A stretch of DNA of 64,000 nt from Candidatus Velthaea sp. (GTDB lineage: Bacteria; Vulcanimicrobiota; Vulcanimicrobiia; Vulcanimicrobiales; Vulcanimicrobiaceae). The stretch covers positions 1 to 64,000 of the forward strand of contig CBDCCS010000019.1 in the NCBI GenBank assembly GCA_965214935.1, given 5' to 3'. Under the pieces are notes generated by a model. The model did no database searches, was not told the origin of the DNA, and saw nothing but the letters and a program-made list of their open reading frames with translations. This document shows, one piece after another, positions 29,449-39,560 of the stretch. Both the position numbers and the translations under genes were made by a program. Positions within the stretch are counted from its first letter, which is position 1. Each line of letters begins with the position of its first letter.

Positions 29449-30121
29449 ATGACTGCCGTGAAACACTTCTTGAGCCGGACGATCGCCATTATCCCGTTGC
29501 CTTTGCTGCTGGCCGTATCTCCCGCGTATCAGCAAACGCCGCAATCGGCGGCACTACGGCTCGTTTACCCACAAAGTAATTCGAAGCCCGTCGTTGTTCG
29601 CGTAAATGTGGTTGGCCGATTTGCAACGGTGCTCATCCGGAACGGCTCCATCGAGGGAACGCCCGAGTGATGCCGCCTTTCTTATCAAACATTTCTCGTT
29701 TGGTTGGCAAGGCATTGAATCGCTTGACTTTCGCTGTCGCCTCGACAGCCAGGTTTCGTCGGCGCAATCGCGAGCGCAACTCTTGCGCGGTATGCCAAAG
29801 CCGCTGAGCGAAGCCTCCTGTCGTTACGAACCTCCGGCGGACTTTGGTCCGCGCGCCGACATCGAGGCCATACGACAACTGCAAGACTTGCCGCTCGTCC
29901 CGTCGGTGACGGTTTCGGGGCAGTATGCCATAGCGCGATGGTATGGAGCAGGCGGCGGCGAGACACTTTATCGAAAAACCGGCGGTCGCTGGCATGCGCT
30001 CGCCGGTGGTGGCGGTGCACTGAGCGTCACTGAGATGTGGAAATACGGCGTGCCACCAACCGCATGGTGTTCGCTACACGTTTATCGAGCGAAATGCGCG
30101 GTTCGCCGCTCGTCCAAGTAA
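29449..30121 (+). pseudogene. Exported protein, frameshifted near 29660
   Basis: Signal-peptide ORF 29449-29670 continues in another frame (AAFLIKHFSFGWQ...WYGAGGGE). Confidence 0.6.
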
Positions 30122-30261
30122 TGTCCGCACTGCCTCGACGCAATGATGGTTGAGGTGGCGAGGACGTCCGTTCGCGTTTTCGTGCTTCGGTGCACTCAAT
30201 TAAAGCGTTCAAAAGAACAAGCTTACTTTGAAGCGCTCAATATTGTGGGCTGACGCGGTCA

Positions 30262-31377
30262 TCATGCAGCAGCGCCGCCGCCCGTGATGACGGCATTTAG
30301 CAGCGGCGTATCGATTTGCGGCTCGTCCGGGCGGCTTGCGTGCTGCGCACGCCACCGTTCGTCGTCGATTGAAAGGCTTGGTGCCGGCGCGGCCGGCAAC
30401 TGAACGCTGCGCGCAAAGCGCTCGACGTTAAGCGCCGGCATTGCGACGATCTTCATCAGCTGTTGCACGGCCGATAACCAGTTGCTGGACGTCTGTTGCG
30501 CGGCGGGAAGCTCAGCGTAGCGTTGGACGGTAACCTCAATGGGCTCAGCCTCATGTCCCGTTGCGCGCAGGACGTGATCTGTCGGCGCGTTATACGCGAA
30601 CGTACCGCGACGCTGCTCTTCGTTGTACGTGCGCATTTGCAATTGCATGAATGGTGATAAGCCGGCCGCACGTAATGCCTTGTCATACAGCCAGCTCGGC
30701 ATGTGCATCAACGTGATGCGCCGGCCGAGCGTGCGCGACAGCGTTTCGGCAATGTCTCGGCCGGACAACAGTCGCGGGCCGGTCGGCCGATAGATGCGGC
30801 GGTCGTGACGCTCAGGTTCCAGCAGCGCAGCAACCGCAACCCGCGCAATATCCTCGTTCGAAGGCCAGGCGTTGAGGCTATCGCCATACGGCCACGGATA
30901 CTGACCCAGATTAGCCGCCATAGCGATCGTCCGACTCAGCACGTTGTCCGCAAAGAAGCCCGGATTAACAATCGTAAACGTGACGCCCGGGATGCGAGCG
31001 AACAGCTTGTCGACGAGCCAATGTCCGCGCGTCAGCAATGACGGACTCGCCGGGTTTGCAAGCCACTGGCTGAGTCCGACGATCGACTGAATCCCGGCAT
31101 CAGACGCAGCCAGCGCGAAAGCCGTAGCGTTCTGGACGACATACGCATCCATCGGCGGAACATAGAATGCCCGCTTCGTGCCAAGCAACGCCGCAAGCAG
31201 AGCGTCGTAATCCGCTAAGTCGCCGGCGACGACTTGCGCGCCACGGGAATGAAGCTCGTCGCTGCGTGAGTCAATGCTGCGCACGAAAGCGCGGACCGGA
31301 ACGCCGCGCGACAGAAGTTCTCTCGCGACGGCTCCTCCGATCTTTCCAGTCGCTCCGGTGACGAAGATTGGTTCCAT
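30262..31377 (-). CDS. NmrA-like NAD(P)-binding protein
   Basis: VTGATGKIG, EDIARVA; GGAG RBS before ATG 31377. Confidence 0.9.
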   Translation of the reverse strand: MEPIFVTGATGKIGGAVARELLSRGVPVRAFVRSIDSRSDELHSRGAQVVAGDLADYDALLAALLGTKRAFYVPPMDAYVVQNATAFALAASDAGIQSIVGLSQWLANPASPSLLTRGHWLVDKLFARIPGVTFTIVNPGFFADNVLSRTIAMAANLGQYPWPYGDSLNAWPSNEDIARVAVAALLEPERHDRRIYRPTGPRLLSGRDIAETLSRTLGRRITLMHMPSWLYDKALRAAGLSPFMQLQMRTYNEEQRRGTFAYNAPTDHVLRATGHEAEPIEVTVQRYAELPAAQQTSSNWLSAVQQLMKIVAMPALNVERFARSVQLPAAPAPSLSIDDERWRAQHASRPDEPQIDTPLLNAVITGGGAAA

Positions 31378-31417
31378 GAAACTCCTTTGCTCTTCCGCGA
31401 GCATCAGCCCGACGTTA

Positions 31418-31431
31418 GTTGTATATACAAC
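31418..31431. promoter_or_regulatory. Putative MarR operator
   Basis: Perfect palindrome GTTGTATATACAAC upstream of the NmrA gene. Confidence 0.7.
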
Positions 31432-31449
31432 AACAATGTTAAAAAAAGG

Positions 31450-31875
31450 CTAGGCCATAACGCTCGATGCCATCTCACGCAATGCCGCCGTCTGCTCTTT
31501 ACCGATCAGCCGTGATGCCCGTCGTTGAGCGCTGCGCCAGGCAGGTGCGATCTGCCCAAGAAGTGCTTCGCCTCGGCTCGTAAGCCGAAGCGGGGCGCCG
31601 CGGCCGTCGGGCGCATCATCGACTTCTTCGATCCAGCCGTTGGTCTCCATGACTCGAAGATTTCGGCTCAACGTCGAAGTGTCGAGTTGCATGTACCGAG
31701 CGATGTCCGTCCTACGCACCGGCCCCATGCCCGCAATCGCGACGAGAACGTTGAGTTGGCTAGCCTTGATCCCGAACGGACGCAGTTCAGCGTCGTAAAG
31801 TCCTGTGATGACCCGGGATACCAGACGTGCGCGCATGTTCAGGCACGACCGCTCCATCTCTTGCGCTAACGCCAT
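31450..31875 (-). CDS. MarR family regulator
   Basis: CLNMRARLVSRVITGLYD, DTSTLSRNL, DGR, LTSRG. Confidence 0.92.
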   Translation of the reverse strand: MALAQEMERSCLNMRARLVSRVITGLYDAELRPFGIKASQLNVLVAIAGMGPVRRTDIARYMQLDTSTLSRNLRVMETNGWIEEVDDAPDGRGAPLRLTSRGEALLGQIAPAWRSAQRRASRLIGKEQTAALREMASSVMA

Positions 31876-31902
31876 CGCTGCCGAAGAACTCACGCCGACA
31901 TT

Positions 31903-31916
31903 GTTGCATATGCATA
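31903..31916. promoter_or_regulatory. Second putative MarR operator (autoregulation)
   Basis: GTTGCATATGCATA, a variant of the 31418 palindrome, upstream of marR. Confidence 0.55.
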
Positions 31917-31963
31917 TATCTTCGTCAAGTAGTCGCGAGTCGGGCGAATTAAGCCGCCGCTGG

Positions 31964-32695
31964 TCACGGCAACAGCGACGGCGCCGGCGTCGGTAACACG
32001 CGTGGACGCGGCGCGATCGGACGCGAGCGGCGCTGCGAAAACGTCGAGGGCGGCAGCGACGGCGGGAAACGGTACGTGTAGAATGACAGGCGTTCGGCGG
32101 CGGTCGTATTTCCGACGATGGCTCGTGCCGATGCGAAGTATGGAACCCACCAGGCAGCGCTGCGAGCGAACGAAATGATGCCGCTTCCGCTGTTTTTGCT
32201 CGTCGCAAAAGCGATCGACGACGGCAGAAACCGGACGCCGTCGATGACGACGCCCGTTATATTGAACGGACGCGTCGCTTTGGGAGCTAAACGAAAAACA
32301 TAATCGTTGTGGTGCGCGTTCTTGCGCGACCCGACGAAGATAAAATTATAGTCAGTTACGCGCGGCGCTAGTGCACCGACCGAATAGCGGTTTCTCCGGC
32401 CGAGAAAAATCCGGATTTTCGGCGGCGATAAGGGCCTGCCGTCGACGGATAACGTCTCATCGCGTTCATTATTTCCGCCGCGGAAGACGCGATGCGTTTG
32501 GGCGAGCGTGCGGCTTCCGGTTTGATCGAGCGTATAATCGACGGTCATAATCGGCGGTTCGCCGATTTTGCGCAGTGCCAGCGCGAAGCGCTGTAGCACA
32601 ACGACGGGTGACAGCAGCGCAGGCGCTGGACTGGGTACCGGCGTCGGCGCGGCCCGCAGCGCGAGCATCTGAGCCAGCAGGATGACGGCGCTCAC
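31964..32695 (-). CDS. Hypothetical exported protein
   Basis: Signal peptide, PTPVPSP linker, beta-rich body; GTGA-coupled to alaS. Confidence 0.7.
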   Translation of the reverse strand: MSAVILLAQMLALRAAPTPVPSPAPALLSPVVVLQRFALALRKIGEPPIMTVDYTLDQTGSRTLAQTHRVFRGGNNERDETLSVDGRPLSPPKIRIFLGRRNRYSVGALAPRVTDYNFIFVGSRKNAHHNDYVFRLAPKATRPFNITGVVIDGVRFLPSSIAFATSKNSGSGIISFARSAAWWVPYFASARAIVGNTTAAERLSFYTYRFPPSLPPSTFSQRRSRPIAPRPRVLPTPAPSLLP

Positions 32696-35298
32696 GCGAG
32701 CGCGTGACGCATCGCTTCGAGCGCGGCTTGCGCACCGGCAACATTCCGTCCGCCGCCTTGCGCCTGCGCGGGCGCGCCACCGCCCTTACCGCCGACCAGC
32801 GGCGCCGCGGCGCGTACGAGGTTGCCGGCGTGCACGCCGGCTTTCACGGCGTCGTCGCTGGCGCTGGCAAATAGCGTTGCCGCGTCCCCGTCGACGCCGA
32901 CGAGCGCGATGACGCCGCTGCGTAAACGCGAGCGAATGGCGCCCGCTAACGTTCGCACGGCTTGGGCATCGGCTTCGAGCACGAGCGCCGCGACGAGCGT
33001 CAGCCCGTTGACGGCTTCGGCCCGATCGACGTACGCTTTGGCATCGGCCGATGCTAAACGTGCGTTGATATCGGCCAGCGACTTCTGCATGTCGCGTACA
33101 TCGGTCTGCAAGCGATTGACGCGCTCGACGAGATCGTCGGGTTTGGCGGACAGCGTCTGTGCTAACTCCGCGATCACATCTTGCTGCTGCTCGACATACG
33201 CTTCAGCGGCGCGCGACACGACCGCTTCGATCCGCCGTATCCCGCTGCCGACCGACGCTTCACTGAGCAGCAGGAAAAGGCCGAGTTCGCCGGTCGTTAC
33301 CGCATGCGTTCCGCCGCAGAACTCGACCGCCGGGCCGGCCTTGACGACACGTACGAGATCGCCGTATTTTTCGCCGGCCATCGATATCGCGCCGGTTTGC
33401 TCGGCTTGCGCGCTCGGCATTTCGTGTGTTTCGAGATGATAATCGGCGCGAATAAGCTCGTTCACACGCTGCGTGACCGATCGCTTCTGCGATACACTCA
33501 ACGCTCCGATCGGACTCCGAAAATCGAAGCGCATGCGATCCGTTCCGACCCACGAGCCGGCCTGCACGACGTCTTCGCCCAAGACATCGCGCAGCGCACG
33601 CTGCAATAAGTGCGCGGACGTGTGATGCCGCCGAATCTCTTCGCGCCAAGCCGTGTCGACTCGCGTCTCAACGACATCACCGAGCGCGAAGAAACCACTC
33701 GTGACGCGACCGGTATGCGCGATCGCTTCGCCGACATATTGGGTATCCGCGACCTCAAAGGAACCGTTTTCGCCGGCAATCGTTCCATGATCGCCGATTT
33801 GGCCGCCTTTTTCACCGTAAAACGACGTCCGGTCCAAGATTATTTGACCGCTCGCACCCGCCTCAAGCGTCAGAGCCGGCGCACCGTCACTGAGTAGCGA
33901 CATCACGGTGCCGGTCGAGTCGAGTCCATCGTAGCCCGTAAAGACACTGCTGATCGCCGGCAAATCGGCGACATTGACGACGGCACGCTTGGATTTCGCA
34001 TCGGCCCGCGCGCGTTCGCGCTGCGCGTTCATGAGATGCTCAAAACCTGCTAAATCGACGGCGACATCACGCTCGGCGGCGATCTCGCGCGTCAGTTCCG
34101 ACGGAAACCCGAACGTATCGTGCAAGGCAAACACATCGTCGCCGCTCAGACGGTTCGTGCCGTCGGCTTGTGCTGCCGCGATTTGGGCCGTAAGCCGTTC
34201 CGACCCCCGATCGAGGGTTCGAACGAAGGCGGCTTCCTCGCGGCGCAACGCGTCTTGCACGTCACGTAAACGCTGTTCTAAAAACGGATAACCGGAACGC
34301 AGCGACGCGGTAACGGCGGCAGCCAGTTGCGGCATGAACTCTTTGGGGTAGCCCAACAGCCGGCCGTTCCGAATGGCGCGCCGAATAAGGAAGCGGAGCA
34401 CGTAACCGCGATCGGTATTCGACGGATAGACACCGTCGGCAATCAGCATCGTCACGGCGCGCGCATGGTCGGCGATAATGTTGCGCCGTACCAACTGCTC
34501 GGACGCCGGCAGCGTCGTCATGCCGACCTCTGGTTGCGCGGCAATAAGATCGGTGAACAAATCCGTTTCGTACATCGTGGCTTTGCCGTTGACGACGGCG
34601 AGCATCCGCTCGAAGCCCGCGCCGGTATCGATATTCTTGTTTGGTAATTCGCTAAGTTTACCGTCAGCGGCACGATCGTACTGTTGAAAAACTAAATTCC
34701 ATATTTCGACGTACCGATTGCCGCAATTCGGCCCGGTGTCATCGGGACCGGACCCATACGCGGCACCCGTGTCGAAGAAGATCTCCGAACACGGCCCGCA
34801 CGGACCGGTCGGCCCCATCGTCCAAAAGTTATCTTCATTCCAGCGCGAGATCCGCTCGGAAGGTAAGCCGATTTCCGTTTCCCACAGCCGCTGCGCTTCA
34901 TCGTCACCGACGTGCACGGTCACATACAGTTTCGCTGCATCGAGTTTGAGAAACTGCGTTAAAAATTCCCACGCATAGCGAATCGCGTCACGCTTATAAT
35001 AATCGCCGAAACTAAAATTACCGAGCATCTCGAGAAACGTTCCATGCCGCCCGGTGCGTCCGACATTCTCAATATCGCTCTTGGCGCCGGCTACCCGCAA
35101 GCACCGCTGTACGCTCACCGCGCGTTGCGCGGGTGCCGGTTCGTTACCGAGAAACGCCGGAACGAACGGCTCCATGCCTGCGATCGTGAAGAGCGTCGTC
35201 GACATTGCATCCGGGATCAGGCTGGCGGACGGGATGGCTTTGTGTCCGCGCTGAACGAAAAAATCGACGAACGCGGCACGGAGTTCCTGGGAGGTCAT
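32692..35298 (-). CDS. alaS: Alanine-tRNA ligase
   Basis: TFLEMLGNFSFGDY, GPCGPCSEI, HTSAH, FCGGTH, GGKGGG; alternative start at 35331. Confidence 0.98.
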   Translation of the reverse strand: MTSQELRAAFVDFFVQRGHKAIPSASLIPDAMSTTLFTIAGMEPFVPAFLGNEPAPAQRAVSVQRCLRVAGAKSDIENVGRTGRHGTFLEMLGNFSFGDYYKRDAIRYAWEFLTQFLKLDAAKLYVTVHVGDDEAQRLWETEIGLPSERISRWNEDNFWTMGPTGPCGPCSEIFFDTGAAYGSGPDDTGPNCGNRYVEIWNLVFQQYDRAADGKLSELPNKNIDTGAGFERMLAVVNGKATMYETDLFTDLIAAQPEVGMTTLPASEQLVRRNIIADHARAVTMLIADGVYPSNTDRGYVLRFLIRRAIRNGRLLGYPKEFMPQLAAAVTASLRSGYPFLEQRLRDVQDALRREEAAFVRTLDRGSERLTAQIAAAQADGTNRLSGDDVFALHDTFGFPSELTREIAAERDVAVDLAGFEHLMNAQRERARADAKSKRAVVNVADLPAISSVFTGYDGLDSTGTVMSLLSDGAPALTLEAGASGQIILDRTSFYGEKGGQIGDHGTIAGENGSFEVADTQYVGEAIAHTGRVTSGFFALGDVVETRVDTAWREEIRRHHTSAHLLQRALRDVLGEDVVQAGSWVGTDRMRFDFRSPIGALSVSQKRSVTQRVNELIRADYHLETHEMPSAQAEQTGAISMAGEKYGDLVRVVKAGPAVEFCGGTHAVTTGELGLFLLLSEASVGSGIRRIEAVVSRAAEAYVEQQQDVIAELAQTLSAKPDDLVERVNRLQTDVRDMQKSLADINARLASADAKAYVDRAEAVNGLTLVAALVLEADAQAVRTLAGAIRSRLRSGVIALVGVDGDAATLFASASDDAVKAGVHAGNLVRAAAPLVGGKGGGAPAQAQGGGRNVAGAQAALEAMRHALA

Positions 35299-35557
35299 AG
35301 CAGCCGAAGAAGATTCACGCGCGACCGTCAAAGGCCCTCGCCCGTGCTTTTAGTCGTCGTCGAGCGTCGCACGGCCAGATTCGCAGTGCAGATTGTCGCG
35401 GGAAACTTTGCTTGCCATGCGCGCAGCGCATCGTCATCAAGCGAAAGCTGCTGGAACGATTTGCGCGCGGCGGGCGACACGTTGGGAAGCGGATCATCTT
35501 CATCGAAAGCAATCGAGCAACAATGTCTTGCTGGTGCCGAGACGGTCGGGCTAAGTG

Positions 35558-36766
35558 ATGCAAGTTCAGCCGTTGACGCGCTTGATCAACGAGCGCCGGA
35601 TCTTAACATTATTGCGCGTAGCCGGTCCGCTAACGCGCGCCGACATGGCGCGTAGTCTCGATCTCGTGCCCGCGACCCTGACGAATCTGATCGACGCGCT
35701 GCGAAAACGCCGGTTGGTTCAGGAAACCGACAGCGTCGCACGAGTCGCCGACCGGACGGCGATCGGCCGTCCCGGCATCAAAATCACGCTCGTACCGAAC
35801 GGCGCGTATTTTCTCGGGGTTGAAATCGGCGTTGGCATCATCCGATTTGCGCTTCTCGATTTAGCGCTCGGCGTCGCAGCTTCGGAGACGCATCCTGCGC
35901 CGCGCGATATCAGCCCCGCCGCCGCCGTGGCCGTCATCGCGGCATATCTCGCCCGGCTAACCGGCCGGCCGGAGTATGACGGTCGCATTCATGCCGTCGT
36001 GTTAACGGTGCCCGGCCTCGTTCGCTCCGACGGCTATGTCGTGCATCTGCCGATACTCGGTTGGCGTGACGTCGAGCTTGGGGCGCTCGCAACGGCAGCC
36101 TTCGGTCTGACGGCTACGGTTGAAAACAACGCGAATGCGGCGGCCTTCGGCGAGGTGTACTTGCGGCCGAAGCTCGAGCGCGACTGCATCATCTATCTCA
36201 AGCTCGGCACGGGTTGCGGCGGCGCGGCAATCCTCAACGGCCGGCTGCTCCGCGGCGCGTTCGGAATGGCAGCCGAATTCGGCCACATCGAAGTGTCGGC
36301 AACCGGCGCGCGGTGCAATTGCGGACGGACCGGCTGTCTCGAAGCGCAAGTGAATTTTGCCGCGTTGGCACGACTTGTCGCACCCGGCCGGCAGCTTGAC
36401 GACGCCGCCTTACGCTCGCTGCCCGCCGCGGTCGTTCGTGCGGCACGTAACGGCGATGAAGTAGCCCGCGAAGCGATCCGTCATATCGCCGACGCCCTGG
36501 CGACAGGTTTAGCGAGTCTGGTGAACGCGTTCAATCCGCGCACGATCGTACTCGGCGGCCCGGTCTCCGGCCTGCTCGCTCAAGCCGTCGACGATCTGCG
36601 CGAGGCGGTCGCGCGGCGCACCGTGTCGGGGATGACGCTGCCGCAGATCGAGTTGTCGTCATTTGGAGCGATGGAATGTGCAATCGGTGCGGCAACGATC
36701 GCCCATCATCAAGCCGTCGATTTCCCCAGCGACGCGTCTAAGCTGAATCTCACATACGGCTATTAA
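35558..36766 (+). CDS. ROK family transcriptional repressor
   Basis: N-terminal HTH, GRP, ENNANAAAFGE, EFGH, CNCGRTGCLE. Confidence 0.92.
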   Translation: MQVQPLTRLINERRILTLLRVAGPLTRADMARSLDLVPATLTNLIDALRKRRLVQETDSVARVADRTAIGRPGIKITLVPNGAYFLGVEIGVGIIRFALLDLALGVAASETHPAPRDISPAAAVAVIAAYLARLTGRPEYDGRIHAVVLTVPGLVRSDGYVVHLPILGWRDVELGALATAAFGLTATVENNANAAAFGEVYLRPKLERDCIIYLKLGTGCGGAAILNGRLLRGAFGMAAEFGHIEVSATGARCNCGRTGCLEAQVNFAALARLVAPGRQLDDAALRSLPAAVVRAARNGDEVAREAIRHIADALATGLASLVNAFNPRTIVLGGPVSGLLAQAVDDLREAVARRTVSGMTLPQIELSSFGAMECAIGAATIAHHQAVDFPSDASKLNLTYGY

Positions 36767-36780
36767 CGCCGGGGCTCGGG

Positions 36781-36824
36781 TTGACAACGGCCTGCGCTTC
36801 GTTTATTCATTGAATGAATAAACG
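36781..36824 (+). promoter_or_regulatory. Sigma70-type promoter with overlapping ROK operator
   Basis: TTGACA at 36781; perfect palindrome CGTTTATTCATT-G-AATGAATAAACG at 36800-36824 over the -10 region. Confidence 0.82.
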
Positions 36825-36841
36825 GCTGTAGGGGCTAGGCG

Positions 36842-37918
36842 TTGGTAACGAAGGACGAGCGGCGAATCAAGGTTGGCGTTCTCGGCTGTGGCCCGATCGC
36901 TCAAGCAGCGCATTTTGAGAGTTGCACCAAGGCACGCAACGCCGATTTGTACGCCATCTGCGATATCGCGCCGGATCTGCTCGAGCGATTCAAGTGGACG
37001 CATGCGCCGGACAAAACGTATTCCGACTACGCGAAGATGCTGGCCGACCCGCAGCTCGACGCCGTCATCATTGCAACATCCGATGCCTTTCACGTGCCGG
37101 CATCGATCGCGGCGCTCGCAGCCGGAAAGCATGTCCTGTGTGAAAAACCGATCGGCATCGACTTGTCCGAAGTCGAGCAGCTTGAGGCCGCCGTGGTTGC
37201 TTCGGGCAAACATTTGCAGGTCGGGCATATGAAGCGCTTCGACGCGGGTCTGCAAGCGGCCAAAGCATTTATCACGACGGAAATGGGCGAGATGCTGGCG
37301 CTCAAAGCATGGTATTGCGACTCGACGCAGCGTTACGCCCTCACCGATGCGGTTCAGCCGCTGATCGTAACGAGCGGTCAGGCAAAACGACCGGCCGCCG
37401 ACCCCAAAGCGGATCTCGGCCGCTACTTTATGCTCGCTCACGGCAGCCATCTCGTCGACACGGCGCGTTACTTCGGCGGCGAGATCGTTGAAGTTGAGGC
37501 CCGTTTGCGCGAGCGCTTCGGCGCTTACTGCTGGTTCGTCGACGTTGCCTATGCCAACGGAACCTTGGGTCACCTCGACCTCACCGTCGCCGTGCGCATG
37601 GATTGGCATGAAGGCTTTCAGATTTACGGCCAAAACGGCAGTGCCGTCGGCAAGACGTACAATCCGTGGCTGTACAAGACAAGCGAGGTCGATATCTTCT
37701 ACGAGAGCGATGCAACGACGCGCCGCGTCCTCGGCGCCGACGGTCACTTCTATCGCCGGCAGCTCGAGGCGTTCGCGGCAACGATTCTCGACGGCGCGCC
37801 CCAATCGGGCGCTTCGATCGCCGACGGCGTTGCCTCGGTCCGTGCGATGCTGGCCATCGCGGAGTCCGTTCGGACCCGCCGTGCCGTTCGGCTCGCCGAC
37901 GTCACCGGCGCGCTCTGA
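36842..37918 (+). CDS. Gfo/Idh/MocA oxidoreductase
   Basis: GCGPIA, HVLCEKP, HGSHLVD. Confidence 0.92.
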   Translation: MVTKDERRIKVGVLGCGPIAQAAHFESCTKARNADLYAICDIAPDLLERFKWTHAPDKTYSDYAKMLADPQLDAVIIATSDAFHVPASIAALAAGKHVLCEKPIGIDLSEVEQLEAAVVASGKHLQVGHMKRFDAGLQAAKAFITTEMGEMLALKAWYCDSTQRYALTDAVQPLIVTSGQAKRPAADPKADLGRYFMLAHGSHLVDTARYFGGEIVEVEARLRERFGAYCWFVDVAYANGTLGHLDLTVAVRMDWHEGFQIYGQNGSAVGKTYNPWLYKTSEVDIFYESDATTRRVLGADGHFYRRQLEAFAATILDGAPQSGASIADGVASVRAMLAIAESVRTRRAVRLADVTGAL

Positions 37919-38754
37919 TGCAGCTCGGCATTTTTGCGAAAACCTTTGCCGGCGGCGACCCGGCGACGGTGCTGAGCGCGGCCCGCGCTGCGGGTTACGA
38001 CGCCGTTCAGTACAACATGGCATGTTCGGGTCTTCCCGCCGTACCCGACCACCTACCGCCCGGAACGGCGGAAGCGCTCCGCGCGGCGTCCGACCGAACC
38101 GGCGTCGCGATCGTGGCGATTTCCGCGACCTATAATATGATTCACCCCGATCCGGCCGTTCGGCGGCACGGCCATGCGGCGTTGCAGCAGATCGCGGACG
38201 TTGCTCGTGCGGTGGGAGCACCGCTGGTGACCCTTTGCACGGGAACCCGCGACCCCGACGACCAGTGGCGCGATCACCGCGACAACGCGTCGCCGGAGGC
38301 TTGGGACGATCTGCTCGAAAGCATGGCGATCGCGACGGCGATTGCAGAATCGGCGGGTGTCGATTTAGGCATCGAACCCGAGCTTGCGAATGTCATCAAT
38401 TCACCCGAACGCGCGCTGCGCTTATTCGGCGAGAATCGAAGTCCGCGCTTGAAGATCGTGCTCGATCCGGCGAATCTGTTCGCGGCCGAACCGCTCGACC
38501 GGCAGCATGCCATCGTCGGCGACGGTATCGGAGCCCTTGCCGCCCGGATCGCCCTGGCGCATGCGAAAGACCGCGATGCGGCCGGCGGCTTCGCGACGGC
38601 GGGAACGGGCGTACTCGACTATCCATTTTACCTGCGGCAACTGCGCGACGCGGGTTTCGACGGAACGCTCGTAACGCACGGTTTAACGGCGGCCGAAGCG
38701 CCCGAGGTCGCGGCGTTTTTACGACGCGCGCTGGGCGACATGGCGGCGGTTTGA
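37918..38754 (+). CDS. Sugar phosphate isomerase/epimerase (xylose isomerase-like TIM barrel)
   Basis: IEPE, DPAN, HAKD motifs. Confidence 0.88.
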   Translation: MQLGIFAKTFAGGDPATVLSAARAAGYDAVQYNMACSGLPAVPDHLPPGTAEALRAASDRTGVAIVAISATYNMIHPDPAVRRHGHAALQQIADVARAVGAPLVTLCTGTRDPDDQWRDHRDNASPEAWDDLLESMAIATAIAESAGVDLGIEPELANVINSPERALRLFGENRSPRLKIVLDPANLFAAEPLDRQHAIVGDGIGALAARIALAHAKDRDAAGGFATAGTGVLDYPFYLRQLRDAGFDGTLVTHGLTAAEAPEVAAFLRRALGDMAAV

Positions 38755-39560
38755 TAATCGGCACCGACATTGCTCCGGGCGGCCTGCGGCTTGCGCTTAG
38801 CGATCGCGGCAGTGGTGCACCGGTCTTTTTCGGCCATGGTTTGTGCGGCGACGCCCGGCAACCCGCCGAGGTCTTTCCGCTCGATGCGTACCGGTGTTTG
38901 ACGCTTGAAAGCCGCGGACACGGCGACTCGGAGCCGGGCGATCCGGCCGATTTCTCGATCGCGGTCTTCGCCGACGATGCAATCCGCTGCTTGGACCGGC
39001 TCGCGCTCGGGCCGATCGCCGTCGGCGGCATCTCGATGGGCGCGGCGATCGCTTTGCGCATCGCCGTCACTCGTCCGGATCTCGTGAGCGCGCTGATCTT
39101 GGCTCGACCGGCCTGGGTGACCGCTGCGGCACCCGGCTCGATGCGGCCGAATGCAGTTGTCGGTGAGCTGCTGGCACGCTTCCCGGCCATCGAAGCACGC
39201 GCGCGCTTCGACGAGTCGGAAACCGCGCATGCGCTTGCCCAAAAAGCACCGGCAAATCTTGCGACGCTGCGTGGTTTCTTCGATCGCCCGCCGCAACGGC
39301 TGACAGCCGCCTTGCTCGTGCGTATCGCCGCCGACGGACCCGGCGTCACGCGCGAACAGCTCGGCCGGCTGCGCATCCCGGCGCTGGTGGTCGGTAGCGA
39401 GCGCGATGCCATTCACCCGCTGGCCTTCGCGCGCGAGCTGACCGCGCTGATCGCCCGCGCGCGATTGGCGGTCGTCCCGCCTAAAGCCGACGGAATCGAA
39501 CGCCACAGACTTGCCTTTCGCGCCGAACTTCGCACGTTTCTCATGGAGCTCTCGCAATGA
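38751..39560 (+). CDS. Alpha/beta hydrolase
   Basis: HGLCG, RGHGDS, GISMG nucleophile elbow; TTG start overlaps the upstream stop. Confidence 0.85.
   Translation: MIIGTDIAPGGLRLALSDRGSGAPVFFGHGLCGDARQPAEVFPLDAYRCLTLESRGHGDSEPGDPADFSIAVFADDAIRCLDRLALGPIAVGGISMGAAIALRIAVTRPDLVSALILARPAWVTAAAPGSMRPNAVVGELLARFPAIEARARFDESETAHALAQKAPANLATLRGFFDRPPQRLTAALLVRIAADGPGVTREQLGRLRIPALVVGSERDAIHPLAFARELTALIARARLAVVPPKADGIERHRLAFRAELRTFLMELSQ

Larger units (their letters stand above)
21400..31930. mobile_element. Accessory genomic island (boundaries approximate)
   Basis: Recombinase, IS21 relic, visibly AT-richer orphan genes and several pseudogenes between housekeeping blocks; no att repeats found. Confidence 0.7.

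Noticed and set aside
26055..30121. Integron cassette array
   Set aside because: No repeated attC with proper RYYYAAC/GTTRRRY ends, and the recombinase is Cre-like rather than IntI-like
35332..35554. T-box leader for alaS
   Set aside because: No T-box consensus or terminator/antiterminator recognised
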